DNA of 63,987 bases, filler included, from Octopus bimaculoides (GCF_001194135.2; 9 parts of 9 records of this genome joined end to end with filler, not necessarily neighbours in it), one strand, 5' to 3'. Positions 25,142 to 37,592 are shown, numbered from the whole stretch's first letter. The notes: a model not told the origin generated them from the sequence alone. Made by a program: numbers and translations.

Positions 25142-25350
25142 TACAAATTTTGACACAAAGTCAGCACGTTCGTGAGGAGGATAAGACGATTACATCGACT
25201 CCAATACTCATCTGACACTTATTTTATCGACCCCGAAAGAATGAAAGGCAAAGTCGACCTCGGCGAAATTTGAACTCACAAAGTAAAGACTGACGGAATG
25301 CTGCTAAACATTTTGTCCGGCACGCTAACGATTTTGCCAGCTCACCGCTT
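25142..25350 (-). mobile_element. SINE family A
   Basis: Reverse-complement similarity to other family A copies. Confidence 0.8.
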
Positions 25351-25399
25351 GATTCTGTGTCTGTCATATTGACCAGGCTAAATAATACAATAAATGCGA

Positions 25400-25960
25400 T
25401 TACATCTGTAATAGCCAAATATGTTTTTTTATTGTTGGTGTTGTTCTCAAGGCTACACATTCTTTCTCGGGTCTGCTTTTGATTGTGATGTTCTGGTTTG
25501 GAGTATTTTGCTCTTCATTTAACAGTCCTAGCTTTTGAGTTTGTTGTGTTTCCTTATTTATTTCGTTTTTGTTGCTACGTCTAACTTCGTGTTCTATATT
25601 CTCATTATTTATATCATTTTTAGGTATTCTAAGGGTGTCGTATTTATTTTCGTAGAGCATTTTCCTTTTAAATGCTCTATTTCAATTTCTGATATCTTCT
25701 TATTTTGAGGATGTATTTCCTTATGTTAGTTAGTTCATTGGTGTTCATCGATGTACCTCGATCTGGGTTACATTTCTTCCAGGCTTTATACGAGTAAGCA
25801 GTTGTACTTTCGTTTTAAGGGTAGAGTATTGCTATATGATAAACATGTAGGATAGAAAAAAATTCTTCACGTGTCCACTAACGTTTTTTTCTATATTTTA
25901 TTTGTGAGACGTGAAGAGTAACGTCCGGCCCTTTGTTTAGATTGTCATCACTTTCGTAGG
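25400..25960 (-). mobile_element. Possible N-terminal relic of an R4/Dong-type LINE ORF
   Basis: Frameshifted pieces KR*WTREE, WKKCKPRSR, NELTNIRKYIL and KISEIEIEH resemble the N-terminal WTxEE..W..N..IxKxKxLS region of R4-clade ORFs (from memory). Confidence 0.4.
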
Positions 25961-26374
25961 ACGTCGGTCCGATCGTTTCTGGTTTTAAAGAGTTTTGCAC
26001 TTGTAATTTTTCCTACAATTTTTTTTTGTAATAAGTACTTTCTGTTTGTTATTTCTTGTGTTTTGATGGTGAGGGACGGAAGCGGTCTATCATTAATATG
26101 AACCATACTCTGGCGATTGTGCTTACACTTGTTATGAGAACGTTGGAGATTGTAAACATTTGTAATACATCATTTAATTTGGGAAAATGAAAATACATTT
26201 TAATCTGTATTACTTACTCGGTTATGGTCCAACATTTTATAAGGCCTTCCTTTTTTAGGTTTCATTTTTGAAATCTTTATTCTCGATGTTGTTGGATTGA
26301 TTTCAAAACAATTGCTTTATCGTTCTCACAGGCTAAAAGTACCCGGTGTTCTGTTAAACGTCTTATCATCATCG

Positions 26375-26408
<34 letters not shown>

Positions 26409-26414
26409 TATTAT

Positions 26415-26962
26415 TACGGAGCGAGAGAGCAGTGCATGCCATCAATGTGACACTGAGGTAAAATATACAAACCCCAGTATACTCGTCATGACTACCCATC
26501 TGATAAGGGTACACCAGGAACATGCATCACAACCATATGTGCACGACAAGGTAATCACATATCAAGATAAACAGCGCATGACCTTGCAGGTGGGGTCCAA
26601 ACGGCTTGCAAGTGGCCCAAACGGCTCAAAAGGTCCCTGGATAAGGTTTGTGTAAGGATATTGAATGAAACACCCATATTTCCAGAGGTGAATAATTCAA
26701 ACCCCAAACAATTCCTTTCAACACATGGCTATGATGCTCCCCCACTACTTCTTCTCGTGATCAGAGATGCACATATTATCAGCCACTAAGGGACATGTTC
26801 AACTGGTTAAGGTCAAGCAACTGACAAGCATATCTGTGGTATTGAGTAGAATATTTGCTGTAGCCCATATTTTATACCAAGACAAAACACGTACATGATA
26901 ACACTTTCAGTCAGTTAAGATCAGAAGCCATGAGAGCCACTGTCTGGTACTGCAACAGGGCA
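26415..26962. mobile_element. ~550-bp non-coding unit bounded by (ATC/ATT)n and (ATT)n
   Basis: Sharp microsatellite boundaries on both sides. I recall it as a high-copy octopus repeat, but there is no second copy in the window. Confidence 0.4.
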
Positions 26963-27038
<76 letters not shown>

Positions 27039-27129
27039 TTCGAAGCATCGGTCGAAATGCTTACCGACATTTCCTTCGCTTCTTAACACTTTAAGGAGAT
27101 TGATTGTCTTGCTCTGGTCAGAGTTGAAA

Positions 27130-27360
27130 CAACCAAAAGCGGCATCTAACACATTCTGGTGAGAACGACCGTAGAACGAATGCTATGCAGATCCGCGGAC
27201 TGCAACCTGTTGTCAAAAGTTTCGCAAGGTCTCTTTCCACGATACTTAACACCCAAGTACCAATCTCAAGATCCTTGCTGTCCCCAATAGAGCAATTTTC
27301 TGCGCATGTTCTACCTTCATGTCAATTCCAGCTTCTCCAACATATTTCTCAAACACTGTA
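27130..27360 (-). mobile_element. C-terminus and 3' UTR of an R4/Dong-type LINE
   Basis: 27360-27246 reads TVFEKYVGEAGIDMKVEHAQKIALLGTARILRLVLGC*; QKxALLGTARILR is the typical R4-clade terminus. Confidence 0.75.
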
Positions 27361-27789
27361 GCGTATACTTTTCCACTTCTTGTGGAAGAGACGCGTCCTG
27401 ATGGTCAGGCGGTCAATCTGTTGTCAACACCCTCTGCTTGGTGTCCTGAACATGCCGTAGTTGATGATACGCAGACATGCGCTGAGGCTACGATATCTCC
27501 AGTGCTTCCTTAATGGTGAACAGGTCTGGTCGCCGTTCACAAGACACGTATTTCCGCAGCTAGTTTCTTTATCGGAGCTGCAGTTCTGGGTAAAACAGAG
27601 ACTGAGTAGGAGTATTTGGAAAGTGGAATGTCTTCAAGCGCTCACAGCCCTCAGTCAATCGGACACTGCGATAGGACGAACGTCCATTTTAGCTTTTTAT
27701 ACAAGACTAGCAGTAATACCGTCGTTAATCGGGTAATTACTTTTACTGTTTCTCGGGAGCCACATTCAAAGTATTATTATGTATACAAT

Positions 27790-28580
27790 TTACTCCTCCT
27801 GTATGTGTGTATTTTTATAAGAGAAAAATATGTAATAATTGAAATAGAGAAAGGATCAATTTTATACATGAACCTCTTGTATGTGTGTATTTTATAAGAG
27901 AAAAATATTAATAATTGAAGTAGAAAAAAGATCGATTTTATTATTGAATGTAATGATAGTAACGGCAAATTAAGTTATTGAAATATTCATGTTGCATTTA
28001 GAGTGAATATTTCTTTATAAACAATGTTTTTTTGTTTTATTTCGGGGTGCATAAGCAAAAAGATTTGCTTTTGGTCCCACACGTGATGCTCCTACATAAA
28101 ATTGGCCATATGAAAAGCATTGATCTTAAAAACGTAATAATCGAAGAAGGAAAATTGAAAGATTCAGTTTCAACGTGAATGAAGGTAGAAAAATATCATA
28201 CGGAAGAATAGCTTTACGGAATCCAGGTAACTGTGCGATAGTACTGAAAAGGCCACAGGTCAGTAGAATATCCATTTGTCATGATTTCTTTTAACAGTCG
28301 AATAGGCCGTATGGGCAAGGAGAATTGAAAGATTCAGTTTCGAATCTGAACTAGGGTGAGACTACCTCTAAAGATTTAGATTTATTCCTCCTGTATGTGT
28401 GTATTTTATAAGAGAAAACATGTAATAATTGAAGGAGAAAAATTATCGATGTCATACGCGTTAAGTTACTGAAGTATACATGTTGCATTAAGAGTGAATA
28501 TTTCTTTATAAATAATGTTTTTTTGTTTTATTTCGAGATACATAAGCAAAAAGATTTTTAGCCATATGAAAGGCATGGTT
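27790..28580. repeat. Local imperfect direct duplications
   Basis: cctcctgtatgtgtgtattt(t)ataagagaaaa occurs at ~27795, ~27876 and ~28387; the block gttgcatt..gagtgaatatttctttata..cataagcaaaaagattt occurs at ~27990 and ~28480. Confidence 0.8.
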
Positions 28581-28851
28581 CTTCAAGTTGCAACCCAGAA
28601 ACTTTTACAGTTTGGCCCTGACTTTTTTTAATGCTCATAGCGAAAGAAATTGGGATAGGAAACTGTAACCGCTTAAATTGAAATGGGAAATTAGATGGTA
28701 TAACTGGTATGCAAAGAATGAAGACGGTTTACCACAACCAATGACAATATTTGCCTCAATGCAGTTCCTCATAAGTTTGTGCACAATTAGTATTGTACCT
28801 TGCATAANNNNNNNNNNNNNNNNNNNNNNNNNNNNNNNNNNNNNNNNNNNN

Positions 28852-28863
28852 TTAATTAATTAA
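28852..28863. other. Assembly linker TTAATTAATTAA in the centre of a 100-base N gap (artefact)
   Basis: Same 44N+12+44N construct at 34153, 44244, 47962, 52189, 56913, 58455 and 62876; the 12-mer is a palindrome with a stop in all six frames. Confidence 0.9.
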
Positions 28864-29224
28864 NNNNNNNNNNNNNNNNNNNNNNNNNNNNNNNNNNNNN
28901 NNNNNNNAGATAGAAAGATGGAGGAAGACAGATAAATAGATAGAAAGATAGATAGATAGATAGACAGATAGATAGATAGATAGATAGAAAGATAGTCACG
29001 TCAGAATAATAGTAGACTTACTTGCAAAAAAGGACGTGTGCGTTCAATAATGTAATAATACAAAGAATATATATACATGTATACACACATATATGTACAT
29101 ACTTACATCTACATGTGTATATACATGCATATCAGGGTACAGGACGTTAGAACAATAAACTACAGACAACGGAACGAACACATAGGAAAACGGAAAGCCA
29201 TATATATATATGTATGTGTGTATG

Positions 29225-29418
29225 TGTTTGTGTGTCTGTCCCCCAACATAGCTTGACAACCGATGCTGGTATGTTTATGTCCCCGTAACTTAGCGGTTCG
29301 ACAATAGAGACCGATAAAATAAGTACTAGGCTTCTAAAGAATAAGTCCTGGGGTCGATTTGCTCGATTAAAGGCGGTGCTCCAGCATGGCCACAGTCAAA
29401 AGACTGAAACAACTAAAA
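29225..29418 (+). mobile_element. SINE family B, 3' half
   Basis: Matches 63720-63920. Confidence 0.85.
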
Positions 29419-29429
29419 TNNNNNNNNNN

Positions 29430-29479
<50 letters not shown>

Positions 29480-29994
29480 ATGTGTGTGTATCTGTGTAGT
29501 GTAGTAATCTGGTATAAATGATCTCGCCATATATAGGTACAATCACAGGAGCAACCACTGGAAATGCATGCTGAATTGCCGCTACTTTGCCCGTGAAGAC
29601 TTAAGACACAGGTATCCACACCTTTGTGCGCAGTAAGTACAGAAACAAATACATGCATTTATTAATGGGGTGCGTATGTATGCTATTGTATAGAAGTATA
29701 CATACATGGATGAGGTATTCTGTAAGTATTTGCATTCATAGACATGTATGTTTACAATCTACTTACGTACACTCATATAGGTGTGTGTATGTGCGTGTGT
29801 AAGTGTGTGTGCGTGTGTCTGAGGGTTTATGTACGTATTATATATATGTATATATGTAGGCGTGTACGTATGTATAGCACTGAATCAAAAATTATGTTAT
29901 TCAAAATCGAAAAGAAAAAAAAAACGATTCAAAGTACCACCACTACTCCCCCCCCACCGCCGCCACCACTAATCACCACCGACTTCACATTCGC

Positions 29995-30004
29995 GCTGCC
30001 CCCT

Positions 30005-30052
<48 letters not shown>

Positions 30053-30214
30053 GTACTACTACAATTTTGCCATGAAATCTTGTCTCCTGTTGCCGGATGT
30101 CTCCAGCGGAGAGAAACTTCTTCTTTATTCACTAAAGCTATGTCAGTACTCTACTCCCTGCCAACGCTCCTCCAAGCAGGGACTCTTAAACAGCTGTTGC
30201 TTATGTTGTTGCTC

Positions 30215-30249
<35 letters not shown>

Positions 30250-30640
30250 GTTGTTGTTGTTGTTGGTTTTATATACTTCTTATTTTTCTTGCGTTTTTGT
30301 CCTTTTTCTTGTTGTTGTTCGCGATCATGCTGGCTTCTATAGTGTTGATGTTATTGTAATTGTTACAGTTCTATTTATTGTTATAATTTTTTTGTGGTTG
30401 AATCTGTCATTGTAGACTTTGGCTGCTACTTTATGATGAATATTGTTGCTGTTGTTGTTGTTGGTTCTTAATTCATGTAGAAATTACTGGTTTTGTGGCC
30501 GTCGACATCGCCATCGCTATCACCAGCGTTATTGTTTTTGCTGTCAAAATTGTCGTAATAGTAGTAGTAGAATAGTAGTAGTAGCAGCAGCAGCAGCAGT
30601 AGCAGTAGCGGTAGTAGTAGCAGCAACAGAAGTAATAGTT
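29995..30640. repeat. Mixed trinucleotide microsatellites (CTA, TTA, TTG, GTA, GCA)
   Basis: Direct reading; source of the poly-L, poly-Y and poly-S ORFs. Confidence 0.9.
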
Positions 30641-30660
30641 TTGTTGTAATCAAAGCTGTC

Positions 30661-30717
30661 ATGATAAGGTCGTTGATTTTGATGCCACCGACAATTTTGG
30701 AATTGCTGCGACATAAG
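30661..30717 (+). CDS. Probable first coding exon of the C8orf74-like gene (MIRSLILMPPTILELLRHK)
   Basis: ATG, 19 codons and a phase-0 donor AAG|GTAAGG, matching the phase-0 start of 44628. Its last 15 residues align without gaps to my recollection of the human C8orf74 N-terminus (LILMPPTILELLRHK vs ALLTPQGVKEVFQLQ). Confidence 0.5.
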
Positions 30718-31019
30718 GTAAGGTTTCACAGAGTTAACTACACAACACGATTTCGAATTTCACTTGAAGCAAATGTATTTCTGGTGTGAGACGAATTCTC
30801 TTGGGAATGTTATGGAAGCCGCAGCCTGCTGTTTGTTTCCTTTTCTAAAAGTTTAGGTCCTATCACCGTTGTCAAAACAAGCCAATATGCTTAATGTTAC
30901 CGTTTTTCTGTGAATTCATGTTGTTGCCCTTTTCACCAAATCATATTCTATTCACGTCATCGACTGCGACGGCATATTGCTCTATACAAAGATTTACTTC
31001 AGTAATGTCACAGATATTC

Positions 31020-31217
31020 TTTCTGCTAGAAGCACCAGGCCTCAAATTTGGGGAAAGGAATCAAGTCGATTACATCGACCCCAGTGCATAACTGGCACTT
31101 ATTTAATCGACCCCGAAAGGATGAAAGGCAAAGTCGACCACGGCGGAATTTGAACTCAGGACCTGAAGACGGACGAAATGCCGCAAAGCAATTTGCTCGG
31201 CGTGCTAACTATTCTGC

Positions 31218-31220
<3 letters not shown>
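31020..31220 (-). mobile_element. SINE family A
   Basis: Reverse-complement similarity to other family A copies. Confidence 0.85.
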
Positions 31221-31265
<45 letters not shown>

Positions 31266-31367
31266 CATCATTATTATTATTATTACTATTATTCAGGTCA
31301 CTGCCTGGAATTGAACTCGGAATCTTGGGGTTAATAGCCCGCGCTCTTAACCACTACGCCATATGCC
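31221..31367 (-). mobile_element. Short tRNA-like SINE with (AAT)n tail
   Basis: Minus strand GGCATATGGCGTAGTGGTTAAGAGCGCGGGCTATTAACCCCAAGATTCCGAGTTCAATTCCAGGCAGTGACCTG then (AAT)n; A and B boxes present, no good acceptor stem. Confidence 0.7.
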
Positions 31368-31440
31368 CTGATGAAGGCTGCAGGGTATATCAGCCGAAAC
31401 GTTGTGTTAACAACAAATAAGATGAGGACTAATATGCGTC
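31368..31440 (+). ncRNA. Penelope-type hammerhead-like motif
   Basis: CTGATGA-A-GGCTG-(10 nt)-CAGCC-GAAACG ... CGTC: exact first core box, 5-bp stem II, and a GUC site pairing with ACG. Stem I is not evident. Confidence 0.5.
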
Positions 31441-31679
31441 AAATTTAAATAATGTAGAACTATTGTTGTTATGATCAATTATATCCCTTCCCAAAATTTG
31501 AAATCATGCGCCTATGCTGGAAATCAAATAATCGTCGAGGCTATTAGTTGGAAAAATCGTTAGAGCGTTGGAGAAATGTCGTTCAGAAATTATGCATGAT
31601 TTTGCTTTGCGTCTTGAATTCAAATACAACCGAGCTTAACTTAGACTTTCATAGTTTTATAAGATAAACGACCAACGGA

Positions 31680-31897
31680 CTCATAAAGGCTCGTAAGGGC
31701 CGGCTTTCCGGTTTCCGTGGCGTATATATATTCTGCACTGGACGGGACACCGGTGCGATGTAGGATTACTCATTTATGTCAGCTGAGTGGATTGGAGCAA
31801 TATGAAATGTTTTGCTCAAGAACACAATGCGTTGCCCAGTTCAGGAATTGAAACCACAATCTTACGATCGAGAGTCCAACACCTTAGCCACTAGGCC
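31680..31897 (-). mobile_element. tRNA-derived SINE, family D
   Basis: Head TGGCCTAGTGGCTAAGG..GGTTTCAATTCC, then tgttcttgagcaa and ggtgtcccgtccag; related to 50275-50530 and 59950-60215. Confidence 0.7.
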
Positions 31898-32422
31898 ACT
31901 AGGACGTTCATGTGTCTTTGTTTGGGTAAAATAGAAAAGCAGTCAAAAACTGTGGACGATGTAACTGACTAAAGCGCTAACCTAAATTTGAGCGCTTGTA
32001 CTTATGTTATAAACCAATTTTAATGAAAACCATCATTAACGTTTGTAATTATATAACTGTGTTTAATTATCTAGCTAAATTTAAAAACGATAGAAATGTG
32101 TAATGTAATGAAAATAAAATTATTGAAATAGAGGGAAACGAAGGAGTGGACTGAGTTGAGGGAAAAAAGTGAGAGGGGAGGGTCTACGAATAGAGGTATT
32201 CGGTAATGTTATGCACTCATTGACCCATTCGGGTGCATTTGATTCTGTGGTCTGATGATTGGTAGGTAATTAATAACTGAGTCATCAACTTAATTATCTC
32301 ACTTTACATGTTGGTGTATGCACAAACAAACACACACAAATCTACCTAAAAACATACATACTAACGCATAAATGTGTATGTATATCTATATATAATATAC
32401 TACACTATAATATATATATGTC

Positions 32423-32454
<32 letters not shown>

Positions 32455-32519
32455 TACATACATAGATACATACATACACACACACACACACTCACATATT
32501 TATGCATATATTTATTGTT

Positions 32520-32650
32520 CTTTTTAAAGCCTAGTCGTTATTCTATCGTTTCTCTTTTACCGAACCGCTAAGTTACGTGAGCGTAAACACGTCAACACCG
32601 GTTGTCAAGCAGTGATGCGGGGACAAACACAGACACAAAAGGCACACACA
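32520..32650 (-). mobile_element. SINE family B, internal fragment
   Basis: aagcctagt..ttttaccgaaccgctaagttacg..ggttgtcaagc. Confidence 0.75.
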
Positions 32651-32984
32651 CATATATACGTATATACAAATTTATTTGCCTGAATTGACCTGGAATTAAA
32701 CATAAGGACCTATACCTTCATGGAAATACGGACCAACTTCCACACCCTTTGTAAAATGATGAATTGTAAACATTATTATTCTGTCTGTATTCTTATATCT
32801 ACTTTTACTCTTTATTTTTCTATTTTATTCCTTACAAACTGTGAATTTTCCTGTCTGGAACTTCCATACATACTTTGTCTCTAATGACGTAGTACCCAGT
32901 GTACGGACATTCTGGCCTACCACTTGGGATATCCCAGAAACTAATTATTATACGCGTTCTGCTTTGGTTTTAATGTCTGAGGAG

Positions 32985-34108
32985 GGAAGGAATTACTTCC
33001 TGGAAAGTTCAAAGGAAGGGGAGGATGGGGAGCAATTACTTCCTAGAAAGTTCCGAGTAGGAGGAGGAATTACTCCCTGGAAGAGGGAGGGGAAAATTAC
33101 TTCCTGGAAAGTTCCGAGGAGGACGGGCGAATTACTTACTTGAAACTTACAAGGAAGGGGAGGAGGGGAGGAATTACTTCCCGAAAAGTTCTGAGGAGGG
33201 GTCGAATTACTTCCTGGAAAGTTCCAAAGAAGCGGAGGAGGAAATTACTTTCCGGAAAGTTCCGAGGAGAGGAGGAATTACTTCTTGGAAAGTTCTGACG
33301 AGGAGAGGAATACTTCCTGGAAAGCTCCAAGAAAGAGGAGGTATTACTTCCTGGAAAGTTCCAAGGAAGGGAATAGGAATTATTTCGGGTAAAGTTCCGA
33401 GGATGGGGAAGAAATACTTCCTGGAGAGTTCCAAAGACAGGGAAAAGGGGGAGTAATTAAATCCTGGAAGTTCGGATGAGGGGGAATGCGAATTACTTCC
33501 TGGAAAGTTTCGAGGACTGGCTGGAAAGTTCTGAAGATGGGCTAACTGAATATTTTCCGAGGATGAGCAAATTCCTGGAAAGATCTGATGATGGGACATC
33601 CTGGAATGTCCCAAGGAAAGTTACACGGATGGGACTCCCTGCAAAGTGCTCATGATGGGAATTAATGGAAAATCCCGAAGATTTCCTGGAAAGATCCGAA
33701 GACTTCCTGGAAATTTCTGAGGATTATTGAAATATCGGAGGATGAGCTACTTCCTGGAAACTTTCGAGGATTGGTGTTCATGGAAAGTTCCCAGGAATCA
33801 CGGAAAAGATCCGAGGACTTCATGGAAAGTTCCCAGGATTCATGGAAAAGATCCGAGGACTTCCTGGAAAGCTCCTGGAAAGCTCCGATAATTTTCTGGA
33901 AGGATACGAGGATGAGCTAATCCTGGAAAGTTCCGAGGGTTACTTCCTGGAAAGTGCCGAGGATTTTTCTTTAAAGTTCATAAGATGGGTTACTTCATGG
34001 AAAGTACTGATGGTGAGCTACTTCATGGAAAGTTCCGAGGATGATCCCTGGGGATATCTAAAGATTTCCTGGAAAGTTCCGAGGATGGTAATTCCTGGAA
34101 AGTTCCGA
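32985..34108. repeat. Complex minisatellite, ~20-35-bp units around the core (AATTAC)TTCCTGGAAAGTTCC
   Basis: Direct reading; G-rich spacers in the first half and GAT-rich variants in the second; runs into a gap. Confidence 0.9.
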
Positions 34109-34453
34109 NNNNNNNNNNNNNNNNNNNNNNNNNNNNNNNNNNNNNNNNNNNNTTAATTAATTAANNNNNNNNNNNNNNNNNNNNNNNNNNNNNNNNNNNN
34201 NNNNNNNNTGTGTGTGTGTGTGTGTGTGTGTGTATAAGGTGATTCCTTGAACTTCTTAGAGTGTCTGACAGAATGATTTGTGGTGTGAGTTCAAATCCCG
34301 TCGGTATTAACTTTATCTTCGACCCCTTCGAGATCGATAAATAGAAGGCCAATGAAAATCTAGGATAGGCTAATTCATCCACTTACTCATTCTATCTCTC
34401 ATTATCTTTCTTAAAACCTCTCCATTCTTCCATTACCGTGAATCTATCTATCG

Positions 34454-34501
<48 letters not shown>

Positions 34502-34511
34502 GCCTGTCTGC

Positions 34512-34578
<67 letters not shown>

Positions 34579-34605
34579 CCTATCTATCTAACTATCTTTC
34601 TATCT

Positions 34606-35300
34606 AGCGACGAAACCGTTCTGCACGCAGTCGTGCAGTGTTCAAAGATTCCCGACCTGTGGGCTTATGCAGAACGGCTGCTGTTACGAGTCCGCCTGTC
34701 AGCCGAGTCTATTGTGCAAATTGCTCCGCCACCGTCCCTCAACAGGGAAGGCAAGGCAGTGTTCATCATACTGGTGGCCATGGTGAAAGAATGTGTGTGG
34801 TGGACACGAGCGAAATGATTAGAGACGAAAACTTACCTCTCTGGCCAATCGCTCATCAACTTTTTCAAGTATCACTTGAAAAGGAAGGTGAGAATAGAGA
34901 GACAGTTTTTGTCTCGTGAAAGTTTCATTAAAAGGTGGGTGAATGTAGCAAAGATGGTGCGTGCGAGTGACGATACCTCTTTGAGCATGATCCTATAAAT
35001 CGAGAAAAATAAAGAGAGAGAGAGAGAGAGAGCACTTTACTCTCATGTGTCTATTCCCTGCTGAGGTTACCATGGTCATTTCTCTCCATGGATAAACCTA
35101 ATGTTACCCCATTTTACACAATTGACATTTTCTGTGATACACGATACCATTTTTTTTTCTTTTTTTTTTTGCCCCTACCGATCCCTTTTGATCGGATTTG
35201 TTAATTTTTATTTTACCTTTCTTTTTTTTTTTTTAAAGAAAAGCTCTACAGTTGTATTTGTCCCCTCTGTGTGCAGCCCTGTGTGGCTAATAAAAGAAAG
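34606..35300 (+). mobile_element. 5'-truncated Tx1/L1-type LINE (ORF2 C-terminus and 3' UTR)
   Basis: One frame, [12 protein letters not shown] (ETxxHxxxxC knuckle)..[28 protein letters not shown], ending at 34998. A T-rich UTR with AATAAA at 35289 follows; (ATCT)n lies on both sides. Confidence 0.8.
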
Positions 35301-35301
35301 T

Positions 35302-35368
<67 letters not shown>

Positions 35369-35817
35369 TTATCTATCTATCTGTCTGTCTGTCTATCTAT
35401 CTATCTATATAAATTAACTCACCTTTTCAGTTTATAGAAAATACCCTCGGCAACTGGGTGAGAGTTACTGATGAGGATTAATCAAATTCCAAATCATCGA
35501 TGATCTGGCTCTGTCTCGTTTGATTTAGCGGGCTTGTCTCCCTTGTCAGTCATTATATAAGTACTTCTCCATGACTAAGAGATGTTCTGACTCTTTTTTC
35601 CAGCAATGGTGTTTGTGACTAGCATCCTTAGTGACGTCTATAAATGTGCTTTTTGGTTGTAAATTGCAAATAACCCACCTTAAATTACATATATGTGGTG
35701 GGTGGTGGTTTGTCGATGTGTTCGCAGAGAGACAGGTAATCGGCATTTTATTGTTAGAAAGAATCGACTCCGCTACATTTATACATCGAATTTTTAGACA
35801 ATTATGTACACATATTG

Positions 35818-35892
<75 letters not shown>

Positions 35893-35964
35893 CACACACA
35901 TACACACACACACACACGCATATATATATATATATATATATATACATAAAAGAATTCTGTTTAA

Positions 35965-36235
35965 TAAAACCACCATCAGGGCGATTACTTCCTCGACATA
36001 GTTTCTGAATCAACTATTATATGCTGATCACGTGATCTTCATTCATTTTTACCATAACATGTTACCAATAGCAGGCATCAACTAATCCTTGTTATTGTGG
36101 GTATTCTAGATGGTCTCCATCTCAGTGACACCCCAGATGCTGTAGTATACGAGATTCAAATTATGATACGCAAATTTCCCAAGTGTTGGGGGTAACACCA
36201 TCTTGGAAATTTTCGGCCATCCATTCCTGAATAAG
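35965..36235 (-). mobile_element. Tc1/mariner-superfamily (maT/DD37D-like) transposase C-terminal relic
   Basis: Minus pieces QEWMAENFQD..PNTW, NLNLVYYSIWGV (DLNPLDYxxWG-like) and final GGFIK. Confidence 0.6.
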
Positions 36236-36475
36236 TCTGTGGGAAAAATCTTGCTAGATCAATTCACTCGATCCACACCTTGCCGGACAAATTCGATTTT
36301 TCTGACACTGTCTAACTGTCCAGAATGCCTTTTTCTTTTGGCCACGGGAAGCAGGAAGAAACTGCCAACATCTGAGAAACTTGCAATCTCAGAATCACCA
36401 TGGTGGCCAAAGATGGGTTTGGGTGGGGGAAAACAGTGTGTCTTTTCCTTGTCTGCGTTAGATTCGAAGCTTCCA

Positions 36476-36692
<217 letters not shown>

Positions 36693-36693
36693 T

Positions 36694-36781
36694 CAGCTGG
36701 CAGAATTCTTAGCACGTCGGACGAAATGGTTAGCAGTATTTCGTTTGTCTTCACGTTCTGAGTTCAAATTCGACTTTGCCT
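36694..36781 (+). mobile_element. SINE family A, head only
   Basis: agctggcagaattcttagcacg..ctgagttcaaattc. Confidence 0.7.
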
Positions 36782-37371
36782 GAAGACCTGACCTGCAATA
36801 AACTAGAACTTTACAAAAACCGAAACAAAATGCCGAACATGATCGACACACCAAGCCATGTCAATTCTCCTGATTCAGCAGTTATAACTACTTAACAAAG
36901 GTCGACTTCTCTTGAAATATGCTGAACAGTGAGCCTCGTATTCCAGACTGCCATATATCCCGTAGACAGGCTTATGGTGTACTGGTTTTACATGACTTCT
37001 TGCTTCGTCCTTAACCTTAAATTTATGCCATACATTTCTATATACCCTTCCCCGTTCAGCCATGGTGTTCTTTAACATTTGACTATATCTGATAAATACC
37101 CTTAACATTTTCCAAAATAGGGAATATGTCACTTTTCCTCTCCACACTTTATGAATAAATTTCTTGAGGGCGACAGAGTATTTTTCATGCGCCCTCGTCC
37201 AGTTCTTTCCTTTTGCTCGAGCTGGTTCAAATTGATTTGCTTGTTTTGATCAACGCTGTTTGCAAATGATTTGATGTCTATCTTTGTTCTTGTTATTCCT
37301 GCAGTTGTTGTTGTTATTGTTGTTGCTGCTGCTGTTGTTAACCTTGTTTACAACAAGCATGACTAATAGTG

Positions 37372-37592
37372 ATTCTAAATTTTAGTGCGAGGCCAGCAAT
37401 TTCAAGGGAGGTGTAAGTCGATTACATCGACTCCAGTTCTCAACAGGTATTTACTACATCGACCCCGAAAGAATAAAAAAGAAAAGTCGACCTCTGTGGA
37501 TTTTGAACTCAGAACGTAAAGATAGACGAAATGGCGCAAAGCATTTCACCCGGCGTTCTAACGATTTCGCTAGCTCGCCGCTTCGCCGCCTT
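37372..37592 (-). mobile_element. SINE family A
   Basis: Reverse-complement similarity to other family A copies. Confidence 0.8.

Noticed and set aside
33136-34156. Minisatellite ORFs (SSPRNFPGSNS repeats) as a repeat protein
   Set aside because: Unit lengths vary by non-multiples of three, frames shift repeatedly, and there are no splice signals.
36875-37290. Protein-like minus-strand stretch (..HIPYFGKC*GYLSDIVKC..)
   Set aside because: It has several stops and no motif I can assign; it may be an unrecognised TE relic.
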